A DNA stretch of 56,557 nt from a bacterium (GCA_044869275.1 JBIOXB010000096.1:1-56557); one strand, 5' to 3'; counted from the first letter of the stretch, positions 7,789 to 18,139 are shown. Program-made: numbers and translations. The notes: generated by a model not told the origin, from the sequence alone.

Positions 7789-10134
7789 TCATTTTTCCAA
7801 ATGCACTTTTTTCAGCAATGCCGTGAACCGCGCATCGGAGTGCAGGCCATCGAGAAACGGATCCACTTTTACGAACAATGAGAATCCTGAATGTTCTTCA
7901 GAAGCTTTTTGCAGCCATCTGATGGCATGCTCGTTATCCCTAAGCCCGGAATAGAGTACGGCCATATGATAGGGATCGACGTAGGTGTGCCGTGCTTGTT
8001 CCTCCAATTCATCTCGCAGCTTCAAAGCCTCATTCACCTTGCCGGTTAAATTATAAGCGTAGGCCTGGAGCGCCAGCGTGACGGGTTTGCGGCCGAATAA
8101 ATTGATTTCCTTTTGAATCTCGGCAATCGCCTCTTCATACTCTCCTTTCTGCAGATAAGCCCGGGCGAGATAGGCATACGTTGGAAAATTTGGATCCATT
8201 GCAATGACTTGGCGATAGCGTTCTATCGCCAACTCGGACAGGGAATTCAGCAGAAAGATATATCCTTCCACCGAGTTGATGATGAGTGAGAGCGGGTCGA
8301 GCTCGCGCGCCCGTTCAATTGCGACCAGCGCTTCGTTAAACCGGTCCATCGCGGCGAGATACTCGGCATACCATTGATAAGCCGTCGCGTAGCTGGGATT
8401 GAGTTCAATCGCGCGCCGGAATTCTCTTTCGGCGGCCTGCCAATCCCATTCGTAAAGCATTTTCACATATGCCAATGAGCTGTGAGCCTCGGCGAGTTCG
8501 TTATTCATTTCAAGAGCTTTACTGGCCGCAGCACTTGCTTTCGGGAAAGCCTCTTGCGGAGAGAGAAAAGCGAATTGTCCCAACAGCAGGTACGAATCGG
8601 CAAGTCCCGCATAGGCCAACGCGTAGGCGGGGTCCTTGGCAACGGCTTGCTCGAAGTATTGCCGGCCTTGTTGCAACCCCTCCGACGTTCGTTTATTCCA
8701 GAAGAAACGGCCTTTCAAATATAGGTCATACGCTTCAAGATTTTCTGTTGGCGGTTTAACCAGCTTACCCTCGGGGTTGCCCGCCAGTGCGATCTGCAAA
8801 TTGTCGACAATGGCCCGGGCAATGCCATCTTGGATCGCAAAGATATTTTGCACGGTGCTTTCTTCAAAAGATTCGGACCAGAGATGGTAGCCATCGGCCA
8901 CGTTAATGAGTTGGGCCGTGATGCGCATTTTATCACCGGCCTTGCGCACGCTCCCTTCCAAAACCGCGCTCACGTTGAGCTGTTCGCCGATTTTGCGGAT
9001 GTCGTAAGCCTTCCCTTTAAATTGAAAAACGGAGGTTCGCGCCACCACGTTTAATCCCTTCACTTTCGCCAGCGCATTGATCAGTTCTTCGGTCATGCCA
9101 TCGCTGAAATACTCTTTCTCGGCGTCAGTGCTCATGTTCACAAAAGGCAGCACCGCGATGGAGGCCGGCCTTGCCTTTGGTTTGGTGCGTTGCAAAAGAT
9201 TGAGGCTTATCGCCGCAACAAGCAAAACCACAAAAAGCGCCACGCCTGCAAAAAGCCACCGCCGTTTTATCCGAAGCGTTGTAGCTTTTGGCGGAGGCGC
9301 TTTTATTTTACTGGTTTTGAAACCTCTCTGCAAATTCTTCAAACCAACCTGTATCTCATCCACATGCTGGTAACGAGCGTCAGGATTTTTTGACAGTGCT
9401 TTGCCGACAAGTTGCTCCAATTCAATCGGCACGCTGGGCCGTAAATCTGCAATTGGTTTGGGTTCATCATTCAAAATTGAATAAATGATCGCCTGCTCGT
9501 ACTCGCCGCGAAACGGCAATCTACCGGTCAGCATCTCATACAGCACTACGCCAAATGACCAGATGTCGGTGCGCTGATCGACCGGCTCACCCCACGTTTG
9601 CTCCGGCGACATGTACGCCACCGTGCCCAAAGTGGTGCCGGCCTTGGTAAGATGCATACCGCCACCGATTTTCGCCAAACCGAAATCCATAATCTTGACT
9701 TGGCCGGATTCCGTCACCATAATATTGCTGGATTTGATGTCGCGATGGGTGATGCCTTTGGCATGTGCGGCTTTCAGGCCTTCGGCAATTTGTGCAGCGT
9801 AGGCGAGACAATTCTCAATTGTCAATTGAGAATTGGCGATTAACAATTTTCTCAGTTCCTGTCCATCGATGAATTCCATCACCATGAACATTTCATCATC
9901 AATTTCCTCGATGGCGTAAATCGTGGCGATGTTGGGGTGATTCAACGCCGCGGCAGCCTGCGCTTCGATTTTGAAACGCTCGCGCTCTTCGGCGCTGGCG
10001 GCAATGTGCCGCGGCAGAAATTTGATCGCGACTTCGCGCTTGAGCTTGGTGTCTTCGGCTTTGTAGACTATTCCCATTCCCCCTTCACCCAACTTCTCTA
10101 GTATCCGATAATGTGAAATTGTTTTTCCAATCAT
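7789..10134 (-). CDS. Ser/Thr protein kinase K1: kinase + TM + TolB-N-like domain + TPR repeats
   Basis: [32 protein letters not shown]; hydrophobic TM; SIAVLPFVNMS..EYFSDGMTEELI; TPRs. Start MIGKTISHY at 10134. Confidence 0.93.
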   Translation of the reverse strand: MIGKTISHYRILEKLGEGGMGIVYKAEDTKLKREVAIKFLPRHIAASAEERERFKIEAQAAAALNHPNIATIYAIEEIDDEMFMVMEFIDGQELRKLLIANSQLTIENCLAYAAQIAEGLKAAHAKGITHRDIKSSNIMVTESGQVKIMDFGLAKIGGGMHLTKAGTTLGTVAYMSPEQTWGEPVDQRTDIWSFGVVLYEMLTGRLPFRGEYEQAIIYSILNDEPKPIADLRPSVPIELEQLVGKALSKNPDARYQHVDEIQVGLKNLQRGFKTSKIKAPPPKATTLRIKRRWLFAGVALFVVLLVAAISLNLLQRTKPKARPASIAVLPFVNMSTDAEKEYFSDGMTEELINALAKVKGLNVVARTSVFQFKGKAYDIRKIGEQLNVSAVLEGSVRKAGDKMRITAQLINVADGYHLWSESFEESTVQNIFAIQDGIARAIVDNLQIALAGNPEGKLVKPPTENLEAYDLYLKGRFFWNKRTSEGLQQGRQYFEQAVAKDPAYALAYAGLADSYLLLGQFAFLSPQEAFPKASAAASKALEMNNELAEAHSSLAYVKMLYEWDWQAAEREFRRAIELNPSYATAYQWYAEYLAAMDRFNEALVAIERARELDPLSLIINSVEGYIFLLNSLSELAIERYRQVIAMDPNFPTYAYLARAYLQKGEYEEAIAEIQKEINLFGRKPVTLALQAYAYNLTGKVNEALKLRDELEEQARHTYVDPYHMAVLYSGLRDNEHAIRWLQKASEEHSGFSLFVKVDPFLDGLHSDARFTALLKKVHLEK

Positions 10135-10177
10135 ACACGACGCCTGCCGCCCCGCGGGACCAATATGAACGAAATTC

Positions 10178-10220
10178 AAAAAAACTCGCGGGGCGAAGAC
10201 TTCCGGTCTTTGCCCCGCGA
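10178..10220 (-). terminator. intrinsic terminator after coxM
   Basis: 15-bp stem TCGCGGGGCAAAGAC/GTCTTCGCCCCGCGA (1 mismatch), 5-nt loop, then G+T7 on the minus strand. Confidence 0.85.
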
Positions 10221-10259
10221 TCATTATTTTTTATTTCAACAACCAGTCGGGCCGATTGG

Positions 10260-11111
10260 CTACGCCCTTTCCGCCGCCTGCTTCAATGCACGACCAGCAA
10301 ACACCGTCGCCAGATGCGTGCGATATTCACCCGAGGCGTAAATATCGCCGAGCGGGTCACTAATCGCCTCGGCAACTTTCGCGGCAGCCGTAGAAATAGC
10401 TGCATCATCGAGTGACGTGCCCAGCAACGCCTTTTCCGCTGCAACAGCACGAACGGGAATCGTCGTCACGCCGCCGACCACAACACTGGCGTGCGAGCAC
10501 TTGCCATTTTTCACACCGACGATTGCAGCAACACCGACGACGGCGTAACTTGACGCGGGATGGCGATGTTTCAAATACGCGCCACCGGTGCCTTTTGCCA
10601 TGATCGGAATTTGAATTTCGGTCAGGACTTCGCCGGATTTCAACGCCGTGGCGAACAGATCGACGAAAAATTTGTCGGCGGCGATACTGCGTTTGCCGCT
10701 GGTCAGAAATTTCGCGCCGAGCGCCATCATCACGGTGGGCAGATCAGCAGCGGGATCGGCATGCGCGAGACTGCCACCGATGGTGCCGCGATTGCGCACT
10801 TGCGTATCGCCGATTTGCCTCGCCGCTTCGCTGACCATCGGGCATTTGCTGGTCAAAATTTTTGACGTAGCAACTTCAGCGTGCGTCGTTAACGCGCCGA
10901 TACGGATCGTCGTCTTCGTCGCTTTGATGCCGGAAAGTTTGAGCTTGCCGATATCCACCATCACCGTTGGCAGCGCTTGCCGCAGTTTCATCATCGGCAA
11001 CAAGCTGTGGCCGCCCGCGAGAATCTTGGCTTTCTTGCCGTGCTGCTTGAGCAGCTTCAGCGCTTCATTCAAAGTCTTCGGTTGATAATAATCGAAATTT
11101 GCAGAATACAT
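10260..11111 (-). CDS. coxM: molybdenum hydroxylase FAD-binding medium subunit (CoxM/CutM-like)
   Basis: LAGGHSLLP, IGALTTH, QVRNRGTIGGSLAHADPAAD; GAGGAGG RBS before ATG 11111. Confidence 0.88.
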   Translation of the reverse strand: MYSANFDYYQPKTLNEALKLLKQHGKKAKILAGGHSLLPMMKLRQALPTVMVDIGKLKLSGIKATKTTIRIGALTTHAEVATSKILTSKCPMVSEAARQIGDTQVRNRGTIGGSLAHADPAADLPTVMMALGAKFLTSGKRSIAADKFFVDLFATALKSGEVLTEIQIPIMAKGTGGAYLKHRHPASSYAVVGVAAIVGVKNGKCSHASVVVGGVTTIPVRAVAAEKALLGTSLDDAAISTAAAKVAEAISDPLGDIYASGEYRTHLATVFAGRALKQAAERA

Positions 11112-11121
11112 GTTGTCCTCC

Positions 11122-13491
11122 TCACTTTCCATTCTGGTTCATGGCGCGCCAGACGCGCTCGGGGGTAAGCGGCATGTCGAGGTGCTTGATTCCCAACGGT
11201 GCGAGCGCATCCATCACCGCGTTGACGACCGCCGGTGTTGAAGCAATCGCGCCGGTTTCGCCGACACCTTTGACGCCGAGCGGATTGACTGGCGTCGGCG
11301 TTTCGGTGCGGCCCATTTCAAACATCGGGAAGAAATCGGCTTTCGGCACGGCGTAGTCCATCAACGAGCCGGTGACGAGTTGGCCGCTCTCGTCATAAAT
11401 CGCGCCTTCCCACAACGCCTGCGCCACACCTTGCGCGATGCCACCGTGGATTTGTCCGTCGACGATCATCGGATTGATGGCGCGACCGACATCATCGACC
11501 GCGACATAGCGGAGAATTTTTGTTGCGCCGGTCGCCTGATCCACTTCGACAACACAGATGTGCGTGCCGAAGGGATACGTGCAATTGGGTGGATCGTAAT
11601 ACGCGGTGTCATCGAGAAACGGCTCCATACCTTTTGGCAAACTGTAACCGAGCGCCGCGGCGCCGGCGATTTCCTGAATCGTCTTCGCTTTGCCAGGCGA
11701 GCCTTTCACCTGCACTTTGCCGGCTGCAAACACCATGTCCTCCGGCGCGGCTTCGAGCATATGCGCCGCGAGCTTGCAGGCTTTTTCTTTGATGCGCTGC
11801 AAACTGTTGTACAACGCCATGCCACCAACCGCGGCGCTGCGACTGCCATACGTACCGTACCCGAACGGCGTGCCGAGCGTGTCGCTGTGCTGCACGATCA
11901 CGTCTTCAATCGCAACGCCAAGCTCGTCCGCCGCGATTTGCGCGAACGTGGTTTCGAGACCTTGGCCGTGCGAGTGCGAGCCGGTAGTGACGACGACTTT
12001 GCCGGTGAGATGCACGCGCACATTCGCGCTTTCCCACATGCCCGCGCCCCAACCCTGGCCGGGAAGTCCGATCCACGCGGAGGGCGCCACGCCGCAAATT
12101 TCAATGTAAGAAGACAAGCCGAGGCCGAGATAACGGCCTTGCTGGCGCGCTTCTGCTTGTGCTTTACGGAAGTTCTGATAGCCTACCATTTCGAGCGCTT
12201 TGCTCAACGTCTTTTCATAGTCGCCGATGTCGTATTTCAGCCCAGCGAGAAGATTGTCAGCCGGCGCGTAGGGGAAGTCAGTCGGCGGGATAAAATTCTT
12301 GCGCCGTATTTCCACCGGATCCATGTTTAACTCACGGGCGACGAGATCGACCGCGCGTTCGACAATATACGTCGCTTCCGGACGGCCCGCGCCGCGATAG
12401 GCGTCGACCATGCCGGTGTTCGTATACACGCCTTTGACATTGCAATAAATATTTGGAATTTTATACGCGCCGGAGAGCATACGGCCATACAGCGTGGTCG
12501 GAATGCCGGGCGCAATCGTGGAAAGAATGCCGCCGAGATTGGCATAGGTGTTGGCTTTGAGCGCGGTGATTTTGCCATCGCGTTGCGCGCCCACTTCGAT
12601 GTCGGTGATGTGATCGCGGCCATGCGTGGTGGCGATATAATTCTCACGGCGCGTTTCCATCCATTTCACCGGACGGTTCAAACGTTTCGCGAGCGCGGTG
12701 ACGAGGCAATATTCCGGATACATGCAAATCTTCGAGCCGAAGCCGCCGCCGACTTGCGGCGCGATCACGCGAATCTTGGTTTCTGGAATGCCAAAAACAA
12801 ATGCGGCCATTACCAGGCGCATGACGTGGGGAGCTTGCGAAGTAATCCACACCGTGTACTCGTCGGCTGCAGGGTTGTACTGCGCAATACAGCCACGCGT
12901 TTCTATCGGCGTGGGAATCAAGCGCTGGTTAATCACGCGCTGCTTCACCACCACCTCAGCATCCTGCAGCGCTTTGTCCGTTCCTTCTTTATTACCACAG
13001 CTCCAATCCATGCAAATATTGTTCGGCGCATTTTCGTGCAATTGCGGCGCGCCGGCTTGCGTGGCTTTCTCGGCGTCGATAACAACAGGCAGCGGCTCGA
13101 ATTTCACCTCGATCAAATTCAGCGCATCTTCGGCGATATAGCGATCTTCCGCAATCACCACCGCGACGCCGGCGCCGGTAAACGTCACGCGATCAATTTC
13201 CAACACGCGCGGTGAGTTTACGTTATTTTTCACACCGCCGGCTTGCCAGGCGCAGGGCAGCGTCGGCAGTTCTTTAAAATCTTGTCCGGTAAAAACCGCA
13301 ACGACGCCGGGAACCTTCGCAGCTTTTTTAGTGTCGATGCTTTTAATTTTCGCATGCGCATACGGGCTGCGCAGAATCGCCGCGTGCAACATGCCGGGCA
13401 GTTGAATATCGTCGAGATATTTCGCCTCGCCCGTAATCAGCCGCGGATCTTCGCGGCGTTTGATGGCGGAACCAAAAACTCTTGTGCTCAT
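11122..13491 (-). CDS. coxL: molybdenum hydroxylase large subunit, CoxL form II-like
   Basis: [18 protein letters not shown], active-site loop AYRGAGR (form II), HGQG, GSRS, KGVGE; ATGA overlap with the coxS stop. Confidence 0.85.
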   Translation of the reverse strand: MSTRVFGSAIKRREDPRLITGEAKYLDDIQLPGMLHAAILRSPYAHAKIKSIDTKKAAKVPGVVAVFTGQDFKELPTLPCAWQAGGVKNNVNSPRVLEIDRVTFTGAGVAVVIAEDRYIAEDALNLIEVKFEPLPVVIDAEKATQAGAPQLHENAPNNICMDWSCGNKEGTDKALQDAEVVVKQRVINQRLIPTPIETRGCIAQYNPAADEYTVWITSQAPHVMRLVMAAFVFGIPETKIRVIAPQVGGGFGSKICMYPEYCLVTALAKRLNRPVKWMETRRENYIATTHGRDHITDIEVGAQRDGKITALKANTYANLGGILSTIAPGIPTTLYGRMLSGAYKIPNIYCNVKGVYTNTGMVDAYRGAGRPEATYIVERAVDLVARELNMDPVEIRRKNFIPPTDFPYAPADNLLAGLKYDIGDYEKTLSKALEMVGYQNFRKAQAEARQQGRYLGLGLSSYIEICGVAPSAWIGLPGQGWGAGMWESANVRVHLTGKVVVTTGSHSHGQGLETTFAQIAADELGVAIEDVIVQHSDTLGTPFGYGTYGSRSAAVGGMALYNSLQRIKEKACKLAAHMLEAAPEDMVFAAGKVQVKGSPGKAKTIQEIAGAAALGYSLPKGMEPFLDDTAYYDPPNCTYPFGTHICVVEVDQATGATKILRYVAVDDVGRAINPMIVDGQIHGGIAQGVAQALWEGAIYDESGQLVTGSLMDYAVPKADFFPMFEMGRTETPTPVNPLGVKGVGETGAIASTPAVVNAVMDALAPLGIKHLDMPLTPERVWRAMNQNGK

Positions 13492-13964
13492 ACGCCACCT
13501 CCCATCGTTGTGGCGGCATGTTGCACCGCGGCGACGATGTTTTGATAGCCGGTACAGCGGCACAGGTTGCCTTCCAAACCGTAGCGAATTTCCGCTTCGG
13601 TGGGATGGGGATTGTGCTGCAACAAATCGTGCGCGCACATGATCATGCCCGGCGTGCAGAAGCCGCATTGCAAGCCGTGCTTCTCCCAAAACGCATTTTG
13701 CAACGCATGCAAATTACCGTTTTGCGCCAGGCCTTCGATCGTGGTGATCTTGCTGCCGTTCGCCTGCACCGCGAGCACGGTGCAAGCCTTCACGGCTTTA
13801 CCATCCATCAGCACCGTACACGCGCCGCACTGGCTGGTGTCACAACCGATGTTGGTTCCCGTCAAGCCGAGCGTCTCGCGCAGGAAGTGTACCAGCAGCA
13901 AACGCGGTGGCACTTCCGACTGCCGCACAACGCCGTTTACGGTGATTTTGATTTTGTGGGACAT
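13488..13964 (-). CDS. coxS: 2Fe-2S small subunit (CoxS/CutS-like)
   Basis: [12 protein letters not shown]...[27 protein letters not shown]. Confidence 0.9.
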   Translation of the reverse strand: MSHKIKITVNGVVRQSEVPPRLLLVHFLRETLGLTGTNIGCDTSQCGACTVLMDGKAVKACTVLAVQANGSKITTIEGLAQNGNLHALQNAFWEKHGLQCGFCTPGMIMCAHDLLQHNPHPTEAEIRYGLEGNLCRCTGYQNIVAAVQHAATTMGGGV

Positions 13965-14022
13965 ACAATCGCCTCCTCACTTTTTCGTACAGTTACTTTA
14001 AAAAGTTTTTTAGAAATCTTGC

Positions 14023-17000
14023 TTACGACCATTGCTCCAACTGCGTCTTCGCTTCTTGCAGATCTGCCGTATCAAAACCTTCGGTGAACCAATTGTAAAC
14101 GTCCGACAGCAATTGCCGCGCTTCGGTTTTTTTATTCTGTTGCTGCCAAAGACGGCCCAGGCTCATGGCCGCGCGCAGCTCCAGCGACTTGGCGTTCTGC
14201 CGCTGTGCAATCTTGAGCGCGTGCTGAAAACACGCTTCTGCCTCTGCTTCAGTTATTTCTTTTTGCTCTTTGCTTTTTTCTTTTTGCTTCACCAATTCGC
14301 CTTTGAGCCGATACAACTCCGCCTCATAAAAGCGCTCATCATTTTTTTCTACCAGCGCCAACGCCTCGGCCAGCACGGTGAGGCCTTCTTCAGTCTGATT
14401 ATTTTTCCAATGCACCTCGATCAACATTGATAGATGGCAGGCTCGCCACGACGCTGCTCCGGTGGCTTGATAGGCAGCCAAACCCTGGCGCATCTGTGCA
14501 ATCCCCTCCTTGGTCTGCCCTTGCTCGGCCAATGCCCAGCCATGCAGGATATTGCCAAATGTTAACCAGAACGCAAACCCCTGTTCAGCACAGAGTGCAA
14601 CCGTTTCCTTTGCCAACGCGTGGGTTGCTTGGCACTCTCGACGGTGCTGACGGACCATAGCAGCGAAGTTCAAACCACAAGCCAAACTATTGGCATGAGA
14701 CACCTCCCTCGCCAGCGTAATTCCCTCCTGGCTCTGCCCTAGCGCTTGCTCAGGATAGCCAAGCAACCACAGCGTCCAAGCCAAACCGACTCGCCCCAGC
14801 ATTCCAGCATCATGCCCATAAGAATAGGCCAGGGACCGGTGCTGCCGGCTGTCATAAAGAGCAACGATTTGCTTCCAATGCTCAAGGGCCAAATCAAGTT
14901 TTCTCAGACCAAATAAAGGCCAGGCTACAGTTCGATGCCCGACTAAAATTGCAGGGTCTTGTTGGCGCCGGGCCGTACTCAGGAGCTCTTCACCGAGCGC
15001 AAGCGCCTTCCGGTGTTCCCCGTTCACAATAGGAACCGCGCATAAGCCGTAAAGTACCGGGAGGAAATACGGCGTTTCCCCAAGCTGCCGGCACAGCTCT
15101 CGCGCGCGAGAATAAGTTTGTTCGACTTCCGAGGAAGCATAGCCCTTTGTGGCTATCAACACATTGCCCAAAGCGATTTGCAATGTCAGTTCTTGTTCAC
15201 TGCGCTCACGGGTATCCGGCAAGGTCTTGAGTATCTGCAATCCCTTGTTAAGATGCGCCATCGCTTCCACATTCGCCGAACGTTGAATGGCGCGCCGGCC
15301 GGCCTTTTGCCAGTATTCGATCGCTTCTTTTTTCAATCCTGCTTCCGTGTAGTGATGCGCCAACAGTTCCGGTTGCGTTTCGGCAATCTCCGAAAATTTC
15401 GTTGCTAAAATTTCGGCAAATCGCCGGTGATGCTGCTGGCGCGTGCTTTTGAGCAAAGATTCATACGCCGCGTCCTGAATCAAGGCATGTTTGAAAATAT
15501 AGTTCACTTTGGGCAACACGCCTCGGCGGTACAGCAGCTCGGCATTCACCAAACGCGCCAGTTCCTCGTTCAAGGTTTCCTCGTTCAAAGGCGAAACGGC
15601 GTGCAGCCATTCATAAGGAAATTCGCGGCCCAACACCGCCGCCACTTGCGCGACTTCTTTGGCAGTGTCCAAACGATCCAAACGCGCCATCAGCGAATCA
15701 AGCAAAGTGGCGGGAATGGAAAGTTGCATTAACGATCCTCGCAATTCATACTGACCGTCCTTCTCTTTGAGCAGGCCCGACTCTAGCACCGTCTTGGTCA
15801 TTTCTTCCACGAACAATGGGACACCATCGGTTTTGCGGGCGAGGTGATTGAGCACTTCATCCGGCAATGCCTTTCCTTTCGTTACCCTCCCGACCATGTT
15901 CTCAATCTCCATGCGCGACAAGCGGCTCAGCGTGAGGTAAGTCCGATACGAGCGCATCTCCCATGGCGGCGTAAAAGTTGGACGAAAGGTAAGCAGGATG
16001 CATAGTCTGGTCGTTGGCGCCTGATCGATCAACATCTTGAGCAGATCGAGGGTGGAAGGATCACTCCAATGCACGTCCTCCATCACAAAGAGCAGCGGCT
16101 GCTGGCCGGCGCGGGTCAACAGCAGGGCGAGCAATGCTTCGAGGGTCTTTTGTTTTTGCTGTTGCGGGGACAGATTGAGGGGAGGGTAATTCTCGTTGAG
16201 CGGAATCGACAACAGCGTGGCAAAGAGCGGCACGGTTTCCGGCAGGCCCAGTCCATACTGCACTAAAAAGCCTTCGAGCTTGCGCAATTTTTCCGGGCCG
16301 GCCTCTTCGGCCTCAAATTGCAGCACCACTCGTTCGAGCAATTCGATGAAGGGATAAAGGGCGCTGCTCTGATGGTAGGGCGAACAGAAGCATTCGGTCA
16401 ACCAAGCTTTGGGGTTGGCCGCCACGTATTCTTTCAGTTCCTGCACCAGCCGCGATTTGCCAATGCCGGCTTCGCCGCTAAGTAAAACCACCTGCCCATT
16501 TCCTTCGACCACCTGTTCCCAGCGTTCCTGCAACATGCCGATTTCTTTCGCGCGACCCACCAACGGCGTCAAGCCCGTGACTCGCGCAGCGTCGAGACGG
16601 CTGCGGGCCGCGCTGGCATAAAGCACTTGATACAGAAGCATCGGCTGCGCGAGACCTTTTATTACCTGCGTGTCCAAATCACGGCAATCAAAGTATCCCT
16701 CGACCAACCGGTAGGTGGCCTGGCTGATCACGAGTGCACCGAAATCAGCCAGGTTCTGCAACTGCGTCGCGAGATTCGGCGTCTCGCCGACAAGCGCCTG
16801 CCCCTGTTCACTTTTGTCTCCGGCAACCACCACACCGGTGTGAATGCCGGCGCGGGCAAACAGCTTGAACCCTTTTTCTCGTTCGAAGCGGAGATTCATT
16901 TGCCGCAACCCTTCGAGAATCCCGAGTCCGGCATGCACGGCGCGGCGGTCGTCATCTTCGTGGGCATGGGGATAGCCAAAATAGACTAAAAGAACATCGC

Positions 17001-18024
17001 CGAAAGACTGAATGATCTGCCCTTCGTAGCGGGCAATGACTTTGGCGCACAGCGCCTGATACGCCGGCAACAGCACGTGGAACTCTTCGGGATCGAGCGG
17101 TTCCGAATGTAATGGCGAAGCGACCAGATGGCACGACATCACCGTCACCTGGCGGCGCTCGGGTGTTGATACAGCAGATTTGGTCGACGGCTTCTCCGGA
17201 GTTTTCCCCGTCTTTTCTTTTTGCAAGCTCTTCAAGTCTGCCAATATCTCCATTGCAGCTTGATACCTGGTGCTGACCTCCTTTTGCAGAGCTTTTTCAA
17301 CGATCATTTGCAATGCTTCCGGAACATCAGATCGATATCGTGCCAGTGGCTCAGGATCTTCGTGAACAATCGAGTACATCATCGCGGCTTCGTACTCACC
17401 GCGAAACGGCAGTTGACCGGCGAGCATTTCATACAGCACCACACCGAACGACCAAATGTCGGTGCGATGATCGATCTCTTCGCCCCGCGCCTGTTCCGGC
17501 GACATATACGCCGCGGTGCCGAGTGTCGTGCCGGTTTTAGTGAGATGCACATCGCCAATCTTGGCCAACCCGAAATCCATGATCTTCACTTGCCCAGATT
17601 CCGTCACCATGATATTGCTAGATTTGATATCGCGGTGGATAATACCCTTCGTGTGCGCGGCTTTCAGCCCCTCGACGATTTGTGTGGCGTAGGCGAGGCA
17701 ATTATCAATTGACAATTGAGAATTGGCAATTACCAATTGTTTCAACTCCCGCCCCTCGATAAATTCCATCACCATGAACATGTCATCGTCGATTTCCTCG
17801 ATGGCATAAATCGTGGCGAGGTTGGCGTGGTTCAGCGCCGCCGCGGCCTGCGCTTCGATTTTGAAACGCTCGCGCTCTTCGGCGCTGGCGGCAATGTGTC
17901 GCGGCAGAAATTTGATCGCGACCTCGCGCTTGAGCTTGGTGTCTTCGGCTTTGTAGACGACGCCCATTCCCCCTTCACCCAACTTTTCTAGTATCCGATA
18001 ATGTGAGATTATTTTTCCAATCAT
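14023..18024 (-). CDS. Ser/Thr kinase K2: kinase + class III cyclase-like domain + STAND AAA ATPase + TPR (TOMM kinase/cyclase fusion-like)
   Basis: Intact kinase motifs; ERRQVTVM..., GIHTG, VGETPNLA; LVGR, Walker A GEAGIGKS, Walker B VMEDVHW, GVPLFVEE, FKHALIQDAAYESL; C-terminal ELRAAMSL...WFTEGFDTADL. Confidence 0.92.
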   Translation of the reverse strand: MIGKIISHYRILEKLGEGGMGVVYKAEDTKLKREVAIKFLPRHIAASAEERERFKIEAQAAAALNHANLATIYAIEEIDDDMFMVMEFIEGRELKQLVIANSQLSIDNCLAYATQIVEGLKAAHTKGIIHRDIKSSNIMVTESGQVKIMDFGLAKIGDVHLTKTGTTLGTAAYMSPEQARGEEIDHRTDIWSFGVVLYEMLAGQLPFRGEYEAAMMYSIVHEDPEPLARYRSDVPEALQMIVEKALQKEVSTRYQAAMEILADLKSLQKEKTGKTPEKPSTKSAVSTPERRQVTVMSCHLVASPLHSEPLDPEEFHVLLPAYQALCAKVIARYEGQIIQSFGDVLLVYFGYPHAHEDDDRRAVHAGLGILEGLRQMNLRFEREKGFKLFARAGIHTGVVVAGDKSEQGQALVGETPNLATQLQNLADFGALVISQATYRLVEGYFDCRDLDTQVIKGLAQPMLLYQVLYASAARSRLDAARVTGLTPLVGRAKEIGMLQERWEQVVEGNGQVVLLSGEAGIGKSRLVQELKEYVAANPKAWLTECFCSPYHQSSALYPFIELLERVVLQFEAEEAGPEKLRKLEGFLVQYGLGLPETVPLFATLLSIPLNENYPPLNLSPQQQKQKTLEALLALLLTRAGQQPLLFVMEDVHWSDPSTLDLLKMLIDQAPTTRLCILLTFRPTFTPPWEMRSYRTYLTLSRLSRMEIENMVGRVTKGKALPDEVLNHLARKTDGVPLFVEEMTKTVLESGLLKEKDGQYELRGSLMQLSIPATLLDSLMARLDRLDTAKEVAQVAAVLGREFPYEWLHAVSPLNEETLNEELARLVNAELLYRRGVLPKVNYIFKHALIQDAAYESLLKSTRQQHHRRFAEILATKFSEIAETQPELLAHHYTEAGLKKEAIEYWQKAGRRAIQRSANVEAMAHLNKGLQILKTLPDTRERSEQELTLQIALGNVLIATKGYASSEVEQTYSRARELCRQLGETPYFLPVLYGLCAVPIVNGEHRKALALGEELLSTARRQQDPAILVGHRTVAWPLFGLRKLDLALEHWKQIVALYDSRQHRSLAYSYGHDAGMLGRVGLAWTLWLLGYPEQALGQSQEGITLAREVSHANSLACGLNFAAMVRQHRRECQATHALAKETVALCAEQGFAFWLTFGNILHGWALAEQGQTKEGIAQMRQGLAAYQATGAASWRACHLSMLIEVHWKNNQTEEGLTVLAEALALVEKNDERFYEAELYRLKGELVKQKEKSKEQKEITEAEAEACFQHALKIAQRQNAKSLELRAAMSLGRLWQQQNKKTEARQLLSDVYNWFTEGFDTADLQEAKTQLEQWS

Positions 18025-18049
18025 ATACGACGCCTGCCGCTATGCGGGA

Positions 18050-18139
18050 TCAATTTATTGTACTCTTACTGAAGGAAGACATGCCGCCTTCGCCGAGCTT
18101 TTCGATGATTTTGTAGTGCGATATGGTCTGGTCGATCAT
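18050..18139 (-). pseudogene. kinase 5'-end copy / leader ORF upstream of K2 (29 aa)
   Basis: [20 protein letters not shown], then a 45-nt insert containing TGA, then ggcgtcgtat (GVVY codons) abutting the K2 ATG. Confidence 0.85.

Noticed and set aside
11380..12330. Long antisense ORFs in the track (e.g. 11380-12330, 48638-49648, 54163-54939)
   Set aside because: They are shadows of well-supported genes in GC-rich DNA and carry no motifs.
11122..13491. True aerobic CO dehydrogenase (form I)
   Set aside because: The active-site loop is AYRGAGR, not AYxCSFR, and the gene order is S-L-M without accessory genes.
18050..18052. Selenocysteine or readthrough TGA in the K2 leader
   Set aside because: Readthrough would not be in frame with K2 (offset 115 nt), and the homologous K4 leader has no TGA at that position.
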